DNA of 64,000 nucleotides from Hormiphora californensis (taxonomy: Eukaryota > Animalia > Ctenophora): the NCBI GenBank assembly GCA_020137815.1, contig CM035353.1:2170001-2234000 (forward strand). The letters are read 5' to 3'. This document shows positions 36,341 through 50,800 of this stretch, piece by piece. Each line of letters opens with the position of its first letter. The first letter of the stretch is position 1. The notes beneath the pieces were generated by a model. The model worked only from the letters and a program-made list of their open reading frames with translations. It did no database searches and was not told the DNA's origin. The position numbers and the translations under genes were made by a program.

Positions 36341-39300
36341 AGAGAGAAAGAGAATGATCTTCCTGGAATAATATTGTGAAGTATATAATGTGGCCGCACA
36401 CATTCGTCCTAAAATCCCAGTGGACCGCATTATATATTGGGCCAACAGCACAGTTCCTCCTAACTATCTGTCCTTATATGCAACAACAATGAATGCCAAG
36501 CAGATGGCGATTTTACTCTGCACCGCTCTGGTATGGGAGAGAGGGAAAGATAGAGAGAGATAGAGAGATAGAGAGAGATAGATAGATAGCGAGAGCTGTA
36601 CCTTGGTACTTCTATAACTTGAGAGGGTGCATGGTCATGCGCTTCCGGCATTACGTTGGGGCGCATTATGCTCTTTGTAATACCTTTTCTACTATCTCTC
36701 CCTGCTCTCCCCATGCTGTTCCTTTCTAATTATTATCTATGCAGCTAATAATGTGTCTCTTGCTACTATTATATTACTTATGTAGGGGAAGGGGGCAGGG
36801 TACAGAGTTTCACCCATTTAAGAGTGCCCGAGCTTACCCGGCCCCCTATTATTATGTCACTGATCCTCTTCACTCCTCTTCACTGATACAGATTTTACAC
36901 TGTGAACTGGCAGAATCTACAAAGCATATTATATAATGCACGTTTCCAGATCCTTTACAGTGTTTAATTCTACATGTATATTACTCCTTTAGAATCATGT
37001 TATACAGCTTCGATCGTGAGATCTTTCCAGATTATCAATTGTTTTTTGTTCTCAATCCTGCATTGCAAAACAGCATCCTTTCCTTCCAGTGTGTAGCTTG
37101 TCTGTCTATCAGTTGAATATACAGCAAGTGGGCGGCAGTAGCACAAGATTGCACATAGTTTAACAATTCATGAGGAACACATGTTTGTCACTTTGCAGTT
37201 GATGTGTTCTGTGATCAGTCCCCTTTTGTTGCTTGCCAATTTTCTTGAAATGCTAGTTTGTATTCTGTGTGAGGTTATTGGAAAACTGTGTCTTAGTGTT
37301 TGATTTTATTTCGAAATACAGGCCTCCGATTGGCTCGTGCACCGAAAAATGACCAAACATGAAGGAGCTCAAGCCCAAACTTCCCGATAAGATAGAAAGC
37401 TAATTCCGGTTGCATTGGATTCGCCTTGAAGAGGTGATTCAGTGTGTCTTTAGACTCCTGTGATACTTTTCGGTATAATAACTATTATAATATTTAGTTA
37501 CGAATCTTACGATCAGAGCTATTACGCTGTACGGGGTAAATTCATTACCAAACCTAAGCATGTGTGTTTCTTTGAAGAACTCTTGTTTGTGTAGCTCTCA
37601 ATGCATTTAATTTCGACAGACTCTGCACTGACAGAAAACAAATCAGAATGTGGTTTAAGAAGCTACAAAAGTGTGTTTCCGTTTTAAAACTTGCAAATTG
37701 CTGAGGAATGCACGAAGCTGAAAATATACATGAATAAGGTGAGAAAAGACTCTGTTGGATATAATCAAAACATCTCACACCCTAAATTCATGACCTCTAA
37801 AAATATACACCTTGAGTGATTTACTCTGAATTTATATTCTCATACCCACAATTAGACTTACCTCCATATATTTATACTGTATGCACCTTACGTGTTCCTA
37901 TCTGGGGCAGCTGGGATTAGTATAAAATAACTCTCAGCAGTCTGCAGACTAACAACCGAATTAGATTTAGTTTGTCATTCGGCTCCCTCTAGCTTGCTTG
38001 GTCTACTACTGCACTAGAGTGCAGCTTTATCTTTATAGCTACTACGACATATCATTTTATTAGGCTATACTTTAGGCCATGCTTTATTTTCCTAACGAAA
38101 ACCCTGCAGTCTTATTGAGATTATCTTCGCGACGATGATTCGGGAAATGCCGATATTTTGAGATTAGGAATTAAATTACCAAGTGACTTGTAATGGGTTT
38201 ATATGACTACCATGCCTCTCTATACAGCTGATCTTTATTCTCCCTCTCTCTCTCTTCCTCCCACTTTCTCAGTTGTCCTGTTTTTATCCATATCAGATGT
38301 TTTCCTCTTCACGTTGGTCCATTTAACATGTTCCCCGGTATACGCCATCGTGTCGAATCTTAATGACTACTCGCTATAATATTTATTATTAGGCGACACG
38401 TTGTTATATATTATATGATTTGTAATATCCGATATCTATATCTCTTTATACTTAGCCGCATTTTATTGATACTTTATATCTTCTTGAAATATATATTCTT
38501 GCTAATGCTAACCGGCATCATTTTATCTTGATTGGTAAGGAATATGATATAGGCTGAAGAATATTATATGGGGTAGGCTGTTTGGTTCACTAGTCTTGGC
38601 AAACGCTGTAGGCCCCTGCATGGAACAGTTGGATGACTAAATAGAATGGTATGAAGTTCTTGAGATAAAAATCGTTTCGCGGTGACAGTAAACTGGTACA
38701 TAAACGAGAAGACATGGGTGGAAGGCCCTAGTCCAGCAGCTGATCTCTAATTCTAGATGACAAAGTAACATATGAATTCATGTGAATTATATCCCTGACC
38801 AAAGGGTTAACATATATCCAGCTGGAACCAAGAAGACCGAAAGCCCTGCATCTCCTATAATTACCGTAGTCGAATGAAGAAGACAGAAACCTGGAACAAA
38901 TTGCAGTAGTCGGGTGAGTGGAGAGGGAGGGGTCACCATGATCGGAGATGAATAAGGGGAGGAGAAAAAATGATGAAAAGCTAAAGGAAGTTAATACTTT
39001 TGGGATATTATATTCACAATTCTCATACTGGAAGTTCTTCTCAGTTCTCATTCAGCATAGCATGCATGATAAAGACAATTATATATCCCTTGAGAAAGGA
39101 AGGCGGGAAGCTGCGGCAAGACCATTTTTATATGTTGCTACCAAGCCCTGTTGACTGTCTAAGTCATCTGCTGCAGTTTCATCGTAATGATCAAATCCAC
39201 CATTACAATTGGTATGCAGCTCCTCTCTCTTCAACTCAAGTTTTGTGTGTATGACCAGTGGTCACGGATTTGCTTGGCAGCAAAGCTATCAGCTGCCAAG

Positions 39301-40117
39301 GCCATCGGAGTGGGGTGGCGTGACTAGGTCGGGCACTACATACAGGGAATTATGTGCCCGACCGAATTACCGCCTGTATCACTACAATAAGATCATGAAG
39401 TTAAAAAGTTTCAATTACTATTCCTGAGAAGCGGCCAGATTCAATCTTGAAACAATAATTATGCAGTAATTATATTATGATACAGTTCAGCAACTCTTCT
39501 CTTTGTTATATATTTGCTTCTCATAACAACATATTCGGGAAAAATATTATAATAAAGTGTCGATCGTTATTATAGAGCTGTGAATTTATATAAGACTGTA
39601 ATTCTCCTACTATGATCCCTATAATATTCAGAGAGTTTTTCTAAAGGCAACTAAAACGAAGCAGACATGAGGGTGCATAATATACCCCCCTCTCTCTATC
39701 TCTCTCTATCTATCTCTTTCTCTCTCTCACTCTATCACTATCTCTCTCTATCTCTCTCCATCTCTGTCTCTATCTATCTCTCTATCACTATCCCTCTCTA
39801 TCTTCCCTGCCATCTGTTTATTCAAACATAGAGTCCAGACTCGCCTTCGCCCGATCATGTTCTATATAGAATATCATATATGCTGCAGTCGCTATTTCTA
39901 TTTCTATTGTGCTATGCTAAATATTTGTGCCGAGTAGTTCGTTTTATTTTTACCTCATTCGCGTTTCTTCAAAACCCTTAATTATCACTTTTGTCAAAAT
40001 TTTAGATTCGTTAAAGTTACAGCTGTCTTGTTATATGTGACACAATAGTTGCTGTGTCTGCAGAAAATTGCTGTCTGCATGTTCAGGGTGCAATTAACTA
40101 CCGTATTACAAAGAATT

Positions 40118-40170
<53 letters not shown>

Positions 40171-40964
40171 GTGTGTGTGTGAGAGAGATAGATAGATAGA
40201 TAGTGAGAGAGAGAGAATGGCAGAGTGGAACTTGATTTCCCGTAATTGTCTTATTAAACACAATTACTATTGCGGATATGTGACATGACTTCTCCTGACA
40301 AATCCTGCATGCAAACTGCAGGGAAATTACGACATATTGCATTGACTGTTCTGCAGTTGTTGTACATTTAATTTAAGTGTTTAATTGATTATTCAGAACT
40401 ATTGCAGTATTAATGGTATAATGAATAGCATAGTTCATACATGTGTCTGTGTGCTAATCTGCGATTGTAAACGTGTTACGTAATTAGGATTCCTAAAATA
40501 TATCTCCAAATAAATCCTAAAATATCTCTATTAAAACTCTGCATGGAATTCCTAAAATATTTAATCTGCAGTACTAATTTGTTCCATTATAAATATTTTG
40601 AAATAAGAAGGATGATTCGTTCAAATCAGTCCTGCAGCATCCCATGGTCTATTTTATTTCGCTATTTTCCACACCTCAAAAGCTATAATCCATTTCGTTT
40701 GATGCTGATCATATAATTCTCCCATTGAATCCGCGATCATATTATATGTTCCTTAAAGGACGCGGTACTCAATTAGGCCACATAATCACCCATTCATGCC
40801 GCTGAAACTTTAATTCACTCTCCGAGCCACGCTATATAGTGTATTGTGATCTATCTCTTTTCCCTAGCTGTACTTTCTCTATTCCTTACTGTCGGTACCC
40901 TTCTTCTGCTAGGGTGACCCCGCAATTATTGTTTTATTGGATCAGGAGCTACGCCCAGCTAGGG

Positions 40965-40995
<31 letters not shown>

Positions 40996-41017
40996 TGAGA
41001 GAGAGAGAGAGAGAGAG

Positions 41018-41099
<82 letters not shown>

Positions 41100-41285
41100 G
41101 ATAGTTGAGGAGATAAACGATTCCGATTTTTAGATCATCGGCCCTACTAGATGATAACCGGTGTATACGCTAGTCATTGACAATTATCCTGACCTCTATA
41201 TAATATTACTGCCACGTGATATTTGTTATTTACTACCCTACCAGAAATCAATCGACCGATCAGTTAGTTTTGTATCAAATATTTA

Positions 41286-41651
41286 CTGCTGTCCCAACCC
41301 TGACGGGCTGGTGACACCGACCGCGGTATAGTAGTGCTTGGAGTGGGGGCCACTGTTGTTGGACCTCCGAACTGGTCTCGCGTATGTTAGCGTGTAATCA
41401 GGCATTCAGGAAAAAAGACGTTGATTCAGTTGTTCAAAATCAAATAGCTATTATAACAAACGTTTCGACATAAGAATGTCCTCTTCAGTGTTAACACTGA
41501 AGAGGACATTCTTATGTCGAAACGTTTGTTATAATAGCTATTTGATTTTGAACAACTGAATCAACGTCTTTTTTCCTGAATGCCTGATTACACGCTAACA
41601 TACGCGAGACCAGTTCGGAGGTCCAACAACAGTGGCCCCCACTCCAAGCAG
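41286..41651. mobile_element. Penelope-like element footprint: perfect 316-bp palindrome (41335-41650) plus 49-bp extension, flanked by a 12-bp direct repeat ATCAAATATTTA
   Basis: 158-bp arms with no spacer, centre 41492/41493; direct repeats at 41274-41285 and 41652-41663; hammerhead core near the centre. Confidence 0.7.
41492..41531 (+). ncRNA. Minimal type I hammerhead ribozyme motif (mirror copy on - strand at 41454-41493)
   Basis: Stem I TAACA/TGTTA, core CTGAAGAG, stem II GACAT-TCTT-ATGTC, GAAAC-GT palindromic stem III, GUU cleavage triplet ending at 41526. Confidence 0.7.
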
Positions 41652-42946
41652 ATCAAATATTTAATCATAATTAACTGTTATAGTGGAGGACTTGTCGACA
41701 TCCATATATCGGTCTATTGAAGGGCTCAACAAATCATTAAAACACATCACGTTTTACTCAAATTGTATGAGAATTACGTCAGGCCTCTTTTATAACCCAC
41801 GTCCTTCAGGAGCACCGTGAACCGTGACTGTATACTTCCCTATTTTGATGTGTTCTAATTTGCATGTCAAAGTGTCAAACTTGGGGCTTAACATTTTATA
41901 AAGGGTGCTATTATACTGTACAGCCGCCCTGTCAATTTCCATTAAACAATTGTGCCAAGCCCTGCCCTTCCCCGGATATATGTTCCGTACTTTTACAAAC
42001 CCGTTTTGGAACTTTATAACCCCCTTTAAAGATTCTCAAGCAAACTGCAAACCACCTACCCTTTTTCCAAAAAATTCATTTTAGCTTGTCAGCTTGTATC
42101 TCACCCCGATGGCTTTTCTTAATGAAATCTGAAAAATATAGTAATTAAAACAATTACAAAATTACTGATTAATGAATCAAAACCAAACGAGCAAAAAAAA
42201 AGTGCAAAATATGTTTATTGTTTTAGAATAATTTGGGCTTTTTATGACAATTTAGCTGCTCTAATGCTGCATGCTGGGTCTAGTCTTGCATACTTGATAT
42301 ATTCCACCCATAAAATACAGTGCGATATCTCAACACATTTAAACGAAGAAGCTATTGTACACTTGAATCTAATTGTAGCAGCTAGGGCCTTTTTAACTAG
42401 CTGCACCAATCACAGCTAGTACTACTGCAGTTTAATTTGTTTTACATGTCTTTTTATATTCTCTTCTCTTGAAAACTTCAAGCTTCTCTTTTTGAACGCA
42501 TACATATATTGTAACAGTTGTATAAATGAAATATCTATTTGACCGTCTATCCACTCTCTCTCTCTCTCTCCCTTGAGTCTTGTTTCCCTGTTTTGTATTA
42601 GCGACATATATTGTGTCAATTTACAAGTGTCATGGTTGTTCCATTCAGTTTAAATTTGGCACTGTAATGCACGAGAGAGCCACGTTCTGCACAGGTGTTG
42701 GAAACATGTTCACTAAGGCAGGCACTCTGCCACACAAAAGTATAACGTGTGACCAGCACGAAACAGATTGTCGTGTTTCACACTATTTTGTGTCTGTAAT
42801 TTAGTGTCTCACCCCTAAGCTGCTGGGAAATTTGTGTGTCAAAACTCACCCCTTCACGAATGGGGTAAGAAATGGCTTTCCTTTTCTTTCTTCTTAACTA
42901 ACTTATCTCGCCCCAGCAGCTCTACCCTCTCTCCCTCTCTCTCTGG

Positions 42947-43103
42947 ATCATATTTCATCAAAAATAGGTCAAAATGGCTCTAACAAAAACAGTGTTGTAG
43001 ATAATTGTCAGGCAAACATTTTTCCTGACAATTCTCTAATCTCTATGTAACACTGTTTTTGTTAGATTAAACATTTTGACCTATTTTTCGATGAGATATG
43101 ATT
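42947..43103. repeat. Imperfect ~155-bp inverted repeat (MITE interior)
   Basis: ATCATATTTCATCAAAAATAGGTCAAAATG..TCTAACAAAAACAGTGTT versus AACACTGTTTTTGTTAGA..CATTTTGACCTATTTTTCGATGAGATATGAT; Tc1-like end GGGACACCCTGTA nearby. Confidence 0.6.
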
Positions 43104-43448
43104 AATTTAATGGAGCCCAGTCATGAATCAAAATTGCAGGCCATGCAAAGATAGTGGGACACCCTGTACAATGTACATCTGCTCCGAGACCAATTATTGT
43201 TACCTTGTATTTTCAGGCATCTCCACCATCTCAATCATCCAAGATGTTCGACTACTTCCAGTGCATGATAAAAGTTTTAATAAACCTAAGTTGAACTTCA
43301 AAGCTACATCACTTTTTGAGCTAACAGTGCTGAAAAAGGTTTGTCAATTATAATATTTTGATTCTTGTCTTATACTCTCTTTTTTGTTATGAATCATTAT
43401 ATTTACATTAAACTACATACTTTCATTTACCACATTTCATTTTGCAGG

Positions 43449-43765
43449 ACCGCGATGAATTTTCTGGCCAGTGGACTTTTGTATCAAACACTGGAAAGGT
43501 CTGCTTGGTGAGTGAGCCCCCCATTGTCCGGGGAGAGGATTTGCAACAATACCTTACAACTCCTCTGGTCACAACTGTTCCGTGCCACACACAACACGTG
43601 GAACGGAACGTGGCCCTCACATCCAAGTGTGTCGACCGCATCACCGGGCATATGAGGCAAGTGGGTATGGCCCTGGCAGTAAAACGGAACCGAGAGGAGA
43701 ACCCAGGGAAGGTTCGTGTAGGAAAACTACAACGTCGCATGGATCAGGCAGAGGGACTTTTATAG
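43449..43765 (+). pseudogene. C-terminal exon/remnant of a DNA transposase
   Basis: PCHTQHVERNVALTSKCVDRITG..RQ.G resembles the PCHTQAVERxVKLVTEAS..V.G...R.G motif I recall from animal DNA-transposase-derived proteins; preceded by acceptor ttttgcag. Confidence 0.55.
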
Positions 43766-44586
43766 AACATAGAGACAATTTTAACCTAGTTATGTGTAAC
43801 ATGCGTGACAACATGTATAATTTACAACCTGTTTTATTTAACAGATTACAGTTTTTAGCTTCTGTGAAGTTTGCTTGAGAGATGAGATTGAGATATTACT
43901 TTATTTTATGCCACCAAGTTACAAGTGTTTGTCCAGAGTTCTCGAAATTACTGAACTGAGAAGACAGCAACTCCGTTGAGATCCATCTCAGGTGACACAG
44001 CTGTGTGTAAATTTGCGAGCGCAGCTAATTGGCGAGAGAGAGCGCATAGTGACAGCACTGCAACGCGACGCACAAGCAATTCATTCAGGAGGGCTTCTCC
44101 AGGAGATGACGTGGTCGTAGATCAAAACAAATGACAGATTCGGAATCAGCGTGAAAAAATACGTCTAGTAAAGATGGAAGTGGAAAGATTATTTCAAAAT
44201 CCGACACTCTATCAACCTTGCCTAGCTCGACCTCCTTTTCGATGACATAACAAAATCAACCCAACAGAAAACTATTTCACCAGGCAACGATATTCACAAA
44301 GAGGAATGTGGCGGCGATTTGGTACTGGCAATGGGGGGAGTGGTACAAGAAGCGACTGTAGTAAAATATTATATGTGAAATTGTGCGGAAGAGAGAGAGA
44401 TAGAGAGAGAGATGCAGAGAGAGCTAGAGCGATAGATAAGAGATAAGAGATCGAGCGAGAGAGAGAGAGAGAGAGGAGGGAGAGATATAGATCTATATCT
44501 ATATTAGAGAGCGAGTATATATGACGCTATATAGCTATATATCTAGACTAGGCGCTCTCTATCTCCTCTATATCGATCTCTCTCTC

Positions 44587-44627
<41 letters not shown>

Positions 44628-44722
44628 GTCTGTTGTCGTCTGTCGTCTGTCTGTCTGTCGTCTTGTCGTCTGTCTGTCTGTCTGTATGTCTGTCGGTCTG
44701 TCTCTCTCTCCTCTCTCTCTCA

Positions 44723-44759
<37 letters not shown>

Positions 44760-44817
44760 CTCTCTACCTCCTCTATTTATCTTCTATCTATAGTCAACTC
44801 TCATCTGAAATTTATAG

Positions 44818-47800
44818 GTACTGTGGACAGCGCCGATTACGGGTCCGGCAGTGTGATTCCCCCGCACCCGTGTGGAGGGAGGTGGTGTGTGGGGGAAGCC
44901 ACCGATATATCCGATGTGGCAGTAATGGATGCCCCGCTCTACCAGCTGAACTTACTGTCCAGGGCAGGGTAATAATCTAGATAAATGAAATAATATCTTA
45001 CTTAAATAATCATTTAATTAAATATTCTCTTAAAGGCCAGAGGGGTCGGGGGGGGGGTCCGAGGGTCAAAAAAATTACTTTTCTGAGGTTTCACATATAA
45101 TGATGTATTACTCCGGGGTAGGAAAACTTTTGGATAGGGTAGCTGCGCACCAAGTTGATCAGGAAGCCTTATTTTTGAGGTAACTTTTGACCCGAAAATG
45201 TATGTTAACCTCAAAAATCTCTCTTTGTTATCTATACGCCTCTTCACAGATAAAAATTGGTTACCAATGATAGATCTGATCAAGGAGACCAAATGTTCAA
45301 AGTTTCAGAGGTCTCAAGCCATATAGTTACTTAGGATTGTTGGGTGGGGGTTAACTTATCGCACCAAAAAACAAACCTTTTTGCGTTTATCACACCCTTA
45401 CTTTGGAATGCCACTACATTCATCTCATAGACGGCGGGAGCTGGGCCTTGAAACTCTGGCAGGATGATCCTTAGATAGTAAAATGTTTTTGGAAAGTGAG
45501 CGGGGAAAAGCGGATAGCCACTATTCAAAGAGGGGGGCGGGGTACTTAGTAAGGGGGGATGGCGACAACCTCCTATTGTGTGTGGAGGGATGGAAGTGAT
45601 CTGGGGCGAAAAACGACGACGATTAGTTTGAGAGGGAGAAGGTGACAGTCAGATTCGGGGATAACCTATATGTGAGGTAGCTGGTGTGTTGAGGGGGATC
45701 CAGCAAAAAAAAGCAGAAAGAAAAGAGGGAAGTGAGGGGGGGAGGTGTGCGGAGGGCTTGGGGGGGGGGGGGAAGGGGGTGGGGGGGGGTGAGAGAGTGT
45801 GGTGGCGCGGGGCTTTCGGCTGCTAGCAGATTGTAGGGAGGAAGGGTCGAATCTAGTGTGTTTCGAAGCGAAGAGAGGAGGCTGATCACGATTCTGCGTG
45901 GTTGAGATTGTTGGCGTAAACGGGGGGGCAGGGTGGCGGGGGTATAGAGTCTGAGGGCTCACAGTTCAACAGCACACAAAAGAAAAAGTAGGTGATAAAG
46001 AAATGATAAAAAATAAGGATTGCTGGGATGTGGGATAGTTCACAGGGAACTGGAAGGCTAGGACTGCAAAATAAGTTTGAGAATGAAGGACCAAACTCAA
46101 AAGCAAGTAGATTGATGATGATGATTGATGAATTTGTAGTGGCCGCGATTCGTTACGTAAAAAAAAATGTTCCAAGTTATTCACCAAAAGGCTTTCTTTT
46201 GGTGGAAATATGGTTAACCCTCTAAAATTTTTAAAGGAAGAAACTTACCAGAACAGAGCACGAAGTAAGAAACAGCGCCAATATAATTGCCAAACATGCT
46301 TCTCCGTAGTGTTTGTGTGAGACCTTAGTTTATTAGAATTATTTTTTAGTTGTTTTCAATACCTGATCTCCTAAGAATTATTAGGAGATTTGAGAGGTTA
46401 TTAGATGGAGGGTAACATTGATTTTCGAGCCAAAAGTTAACTCAAATTTTCTCCCTAACGGGTGCGCCCGCAAACAAAAACAAAAACAAAACAAATCGAT
46501 TCCAAAGTATGTTCATCTGGGTCCGTGATCTTCGAGCCGCAGCGCCGACGGCCCGGCCGGGCCGCGCGCCCGACGGACCAGCGGACCAGATACCCGAAAG
46601 TGACTTCTTTTTCTTTTATACCCCCGCGGGACCCCCCCCCTCTGGGCCTTTTTTCCTTTCTTAACTAAATATTCTAGCTTAATTCAATATTCTCTAACGT
46701 AGTTCGCTAAGTTACATAAGTTAGATTAATTTAAACAATCTCTCAATTATTTTTTAAATACAGTCTCTGACCGATTATGTAACGGCAGCCACAGCAGAGA
46801 GGACGGGAAAGCGTCGGAGAAAAGGAGGAGGGGTAAGGAAAGGAGGACAGAGAAGGCCGGGCGTACGGGAAGGGAGAAAGAAGCGGGGAAGGAAGGAAAG
46901 AAGCGAGCGGGGAACGGAAAGAAGAGGGGATACTTCCCTTATCCTCTCTTTACCCATCCTATCCTCTGCTTTGTTTCATTGATCTCTTCGCCCGTGCTCT
47001 TTTCCACTTTCTCCCTCTTCGACTTTTCTTTTTTGTTATTTAGTTATTGCCTATTTCTCACTCCCGCTCACCGTTTTCCTCTTTCTCATCCGCTGTCCCT
47101 TTTCCGTCGTTTTTTCTCCTTATTCTCTATTGTCTCCTCTCTTCGTGTCTTTGATTATCCTCCTACTCTTTTTTCACCCTTCTTCTACACTCCTTTTCTT
47201 GTAATCTCGTTTCCTCGCTTTCTAAGGTTTCTTGTTTTCTCCCTGCTTTTCCATTCTTTGTATACCCTGTCTCCTCTGCTCCCGTCCTCACCTGTTTCGT
47301 CTCCGTCTGTTCTTCCTATTCGTTGCCCCCTTACTTGCCTTTTCTTACTCCATGTGCGTTTCTCTTTCCATTTGCCTACCCTCTTCCCCTGCCTTGCCTC
47401 CCCGTGTCTTCCAAGCAGGAAGGACTGTTATCAGGAATGTAAGGACGAGGAAAGGTAGTGATCTCTTAATTAAATAGTATTTTAATTAAATGATTAGATA
47501 ATCTCGTAATTATAAATAATCTTTTAATTACATAATCTAGCTTAATTAAATCATCTTTAAATTAAATAATCCTTGCCCTAGGGCACTATTCTCATGCAAG
47601 GATTATTTAATTAATATAGCAGCAGCGGTATGATAAAAATGCCCTTTCTTATCAGGTAAGTGCTTAGACGAGTATGTTGCGAAAACGCAACGCATCATTA
47701 ATTGTCTCGCCTATTTTACTGCTAAATTGTTACAACTAGTTTGGTATCATATTTTACCACCCTCAAAGACACTAAATAAACTACCTCCACTAGACATTAT

Positions 47801-50800
47801 AATTACAACTCTGCTTGATCTCTCAATGACATAACCTTTATATTTATCTCAAAAATCAATTTAACGATTCGATGATAATAAATAAACGAGTGCACTTGAA
47901 AGCGTCTAGTGCATAATGAAGTAGTCTATCCTCTGAAATTATCTACCGAGTGATGATCATTACGTTCGCGTTACCCCAGTTAATTCTCCTCTCGCTCCGC
48001 TCGCGTCCGCGCTACCGCGAGCGAGGCGCGCCTCCTCTCTCTCTCGCTCGCTCGCGTCTCCGCGCGTCGCTCGCTCTCTTTCTCGCTCTCTCGCTCTATC
48101 TCGGTACCGGCTCTCTCGTCGCTCCGATGCGGCTCTCGCTCTCCTAGCGCTCGCGCTCGTCGCTCGTAATCTAGATATCTGAGCGTGGCGCTCGTCGCTC
48201 TCGCTCGCGCTCTCGCTAGCCTCGTCGCTCGTCTCTTCTCTCTCTCGCGCGCTCGCGCGCGCCTGCGAGCGAGCTGCGGGCGCTCTCTCGATATCTCTCT
48301 GCGCTATGCTCGATCTCTCTCTCTCTCTCTCTCTCACTCTCTCTCTCTCTCACTCTCTCTCATCACTTCCTCATATTTAGGGAAGAAGCGGGCGGCTGCG
48401 GGGGTGGGCGGATCGTTATGAGAATGAAGAAGATCCTGTGGTGGATTTTGGCGGTGACTGTGAAAGTCTCGTTGTCCCCCAAGATGTCAAGAGTGAGGTG
48501 AGTAGTTGTCCGGTGTCTGGACCCGGCAAACCGCCGGGTGTTTACTGATGGTCCAATGGAAAATATATAAAAGATCCCGCCTAAACTGTTCACCCCGTAC
48601 AAAACATGCAGGTACATATTGGTTTTAACATTACTTTAGTTTGTTAAGTTGACCAGATTTGCCAAGTTAGACTGTTATGCATAATAACAATAAACTAGAG
48701 TTGAACAAAACAAGACCAGATATGTATGTATGATTCTCAGTATGATGATATTAAATTACAGTTGGACCCCGATTTAACGGCACCCTCGGGGGAAAGGGTT
48801 TTGTCCGTTAAATCGGGGTGTCCGTGTAAATCGGGGTAGAGCATATTTGCCCCATAAAACCCTTTTTGTCAAACATGCTCTATAATAAACAACTCTAGTG
48901 TTAAATGCAATGTCCATGTATTGATACAATGCATCATTTCTGATTAGACAAAAGAAAGTAGTAATTTCAAAAAATTCCAAAATAAGTTATAAAATTTTAT
49001 AATGGCTACTATATCAACCACGTCGATCGTTATCGAATCAGTGATCGTTATCGCATGTCTTGCTGCTAATTAGACGAAACCGCTTACTGATACCATGCAG
49101 CGAATCGCGGTGAAGTGAAGAAACTTCGTCCTTCCGCCATTTCTCTTCTTTATTTCACCCGCCCTTTCAATCAGCCTGCGGGGTGGGTTAGCTTCCCCGA
49201 TAGGGGTGAGGAAGAATTTGAATTTCAAAATATATTTTCTCTGCAAAATTCATGGCGGAGCCACCGATCAAAGCTATTGACAATCATCTGTAAAATTTTG
49301 CAAAAAAAGTTATGAAAAATTTTCCAAAGGTATATCAACCAGTCCGAACGTGTTTCGCACAGTGCAGTATATCGCACGTTTCGCTAATTAGACAGTTCGA
49401 ACGAAACCGATTACCGTGATCCCCATCGAGCGCGTCAAAATTGCGATTCGAGATTCGATGAGGCCTCATGGGGGATCACAATATGGTCAGTGTTTGTTTC
49501 GAACCGTCTTATAAGTACCGCAAGAATGCAATAAGATTGCCCGTTTGAAACAAGATCGGCAACATGGGGTTTTGCAAAAAATTTTCAAAAAAAGTGCAAA
49601 AAAAAAGTGCAAAATAATTTGGTTGTGGGGGAAATTATCCTGCCGTTAAATCGGGGTGCCGCTAAATCGGGGGCCGTTAAATCGGGGTCCGACTGTATTA
49701 TGAATTTGGGAATTTTTGCACCGTCCAACGGTATCAGCTTAAATTAAGTTATTTAAAATTAAAAAATAAACATGTGACAATATTATATATCGAGTCGGAT
49801 GAAACGAATCAAACCAAACTGAAACTACGTTATAATTATCATATTCAAGGGATCTGATATCTCGCACTACAATCACCCACAGAACTGTAGAAGGATCAGA
49901 TCACACATATGTGGGAGATATCACCCCGAGATATTATCCCGTACTACAACGATAGACAGGGGTTGTCACGGTGTCAGCTACTTGGCTTTTGGTTCTATAA
50001 CAACTCTTTCCTTTTTTATCTGCAACCATATAAAGCTTAATTGTAGTTACAGAATATATAGAATGAAATGTTTCCAAAAACCCAAATATATTAAATTTTC
50101 AAAATGGTAGGCGAGGGGGGTCAATGTAAAGTAAGCCCGGGTTTTTCGGTTCGAGCCCCGGCCCCCGCCAAGACTTTACAGAGTTTTTTTCCCATTTTTC
50201 CTGATCTCTTTTTAATAAATTTTTTGACAGTAATAAAGTTATGTCGACAATTTTTTTTTATTAAAAGTCAGTCGGACCGTTTACAGGATCTCGGGGGGGT
50301 TTCCCGGTTAAAAACGGGGTTTGTCCGCTAAATGGGTTTTAAATAACCGTTAATTGTAACCGAGGGAAATTTATCCTCATGGTAAATTGGGGGTTCCCGG
50401 GAAATCCCAGCCGCCCCAAATCGGGGTTCGATGAAAGTCATATTTAGATTTGTTGGCGGGCGTTTTGGGATTTTAAACCCCCCCCCCCCCTTTTTTTAAT
50501 TTGGTTTCAGGCACTGGCAGGTTTTTGTCCAGGGACGGTAGTGCACAAGTGCGGAAGGTACAAAGCCGGACCGGGCTAGGTATGTGGGGAGGTCGCAAAA
50601 AGGGGTTTTAAAACAATTTATTAATGTATTGTTTTTATAAAAAAATAAACCAAGAACCCCCCCGAATCGGAAAAGCTGGCCCGATTGGCTTTTATAACCG
50701 TTCACGGACCAAATAACGAGTTTTGATTTTTGTTTAATTGTGTCGGCGGTTTCTGCTCTAAAAATTTATTCTGCAGGGGGAATTAGTGAAGGGGAATACG

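Noticed and set aside
38570-39430. Exon-like, GC-richer segment (possible lectin or TSP1 remnants)
   Set aside because: Stops in all frames and no consistent splice model
47970-48320. CpG-island-like CTCGCGCTCG stretch
   Set aside because: Grades into (CT)n; more likely a miscalled or degenerate microsatellite than a regulatory island
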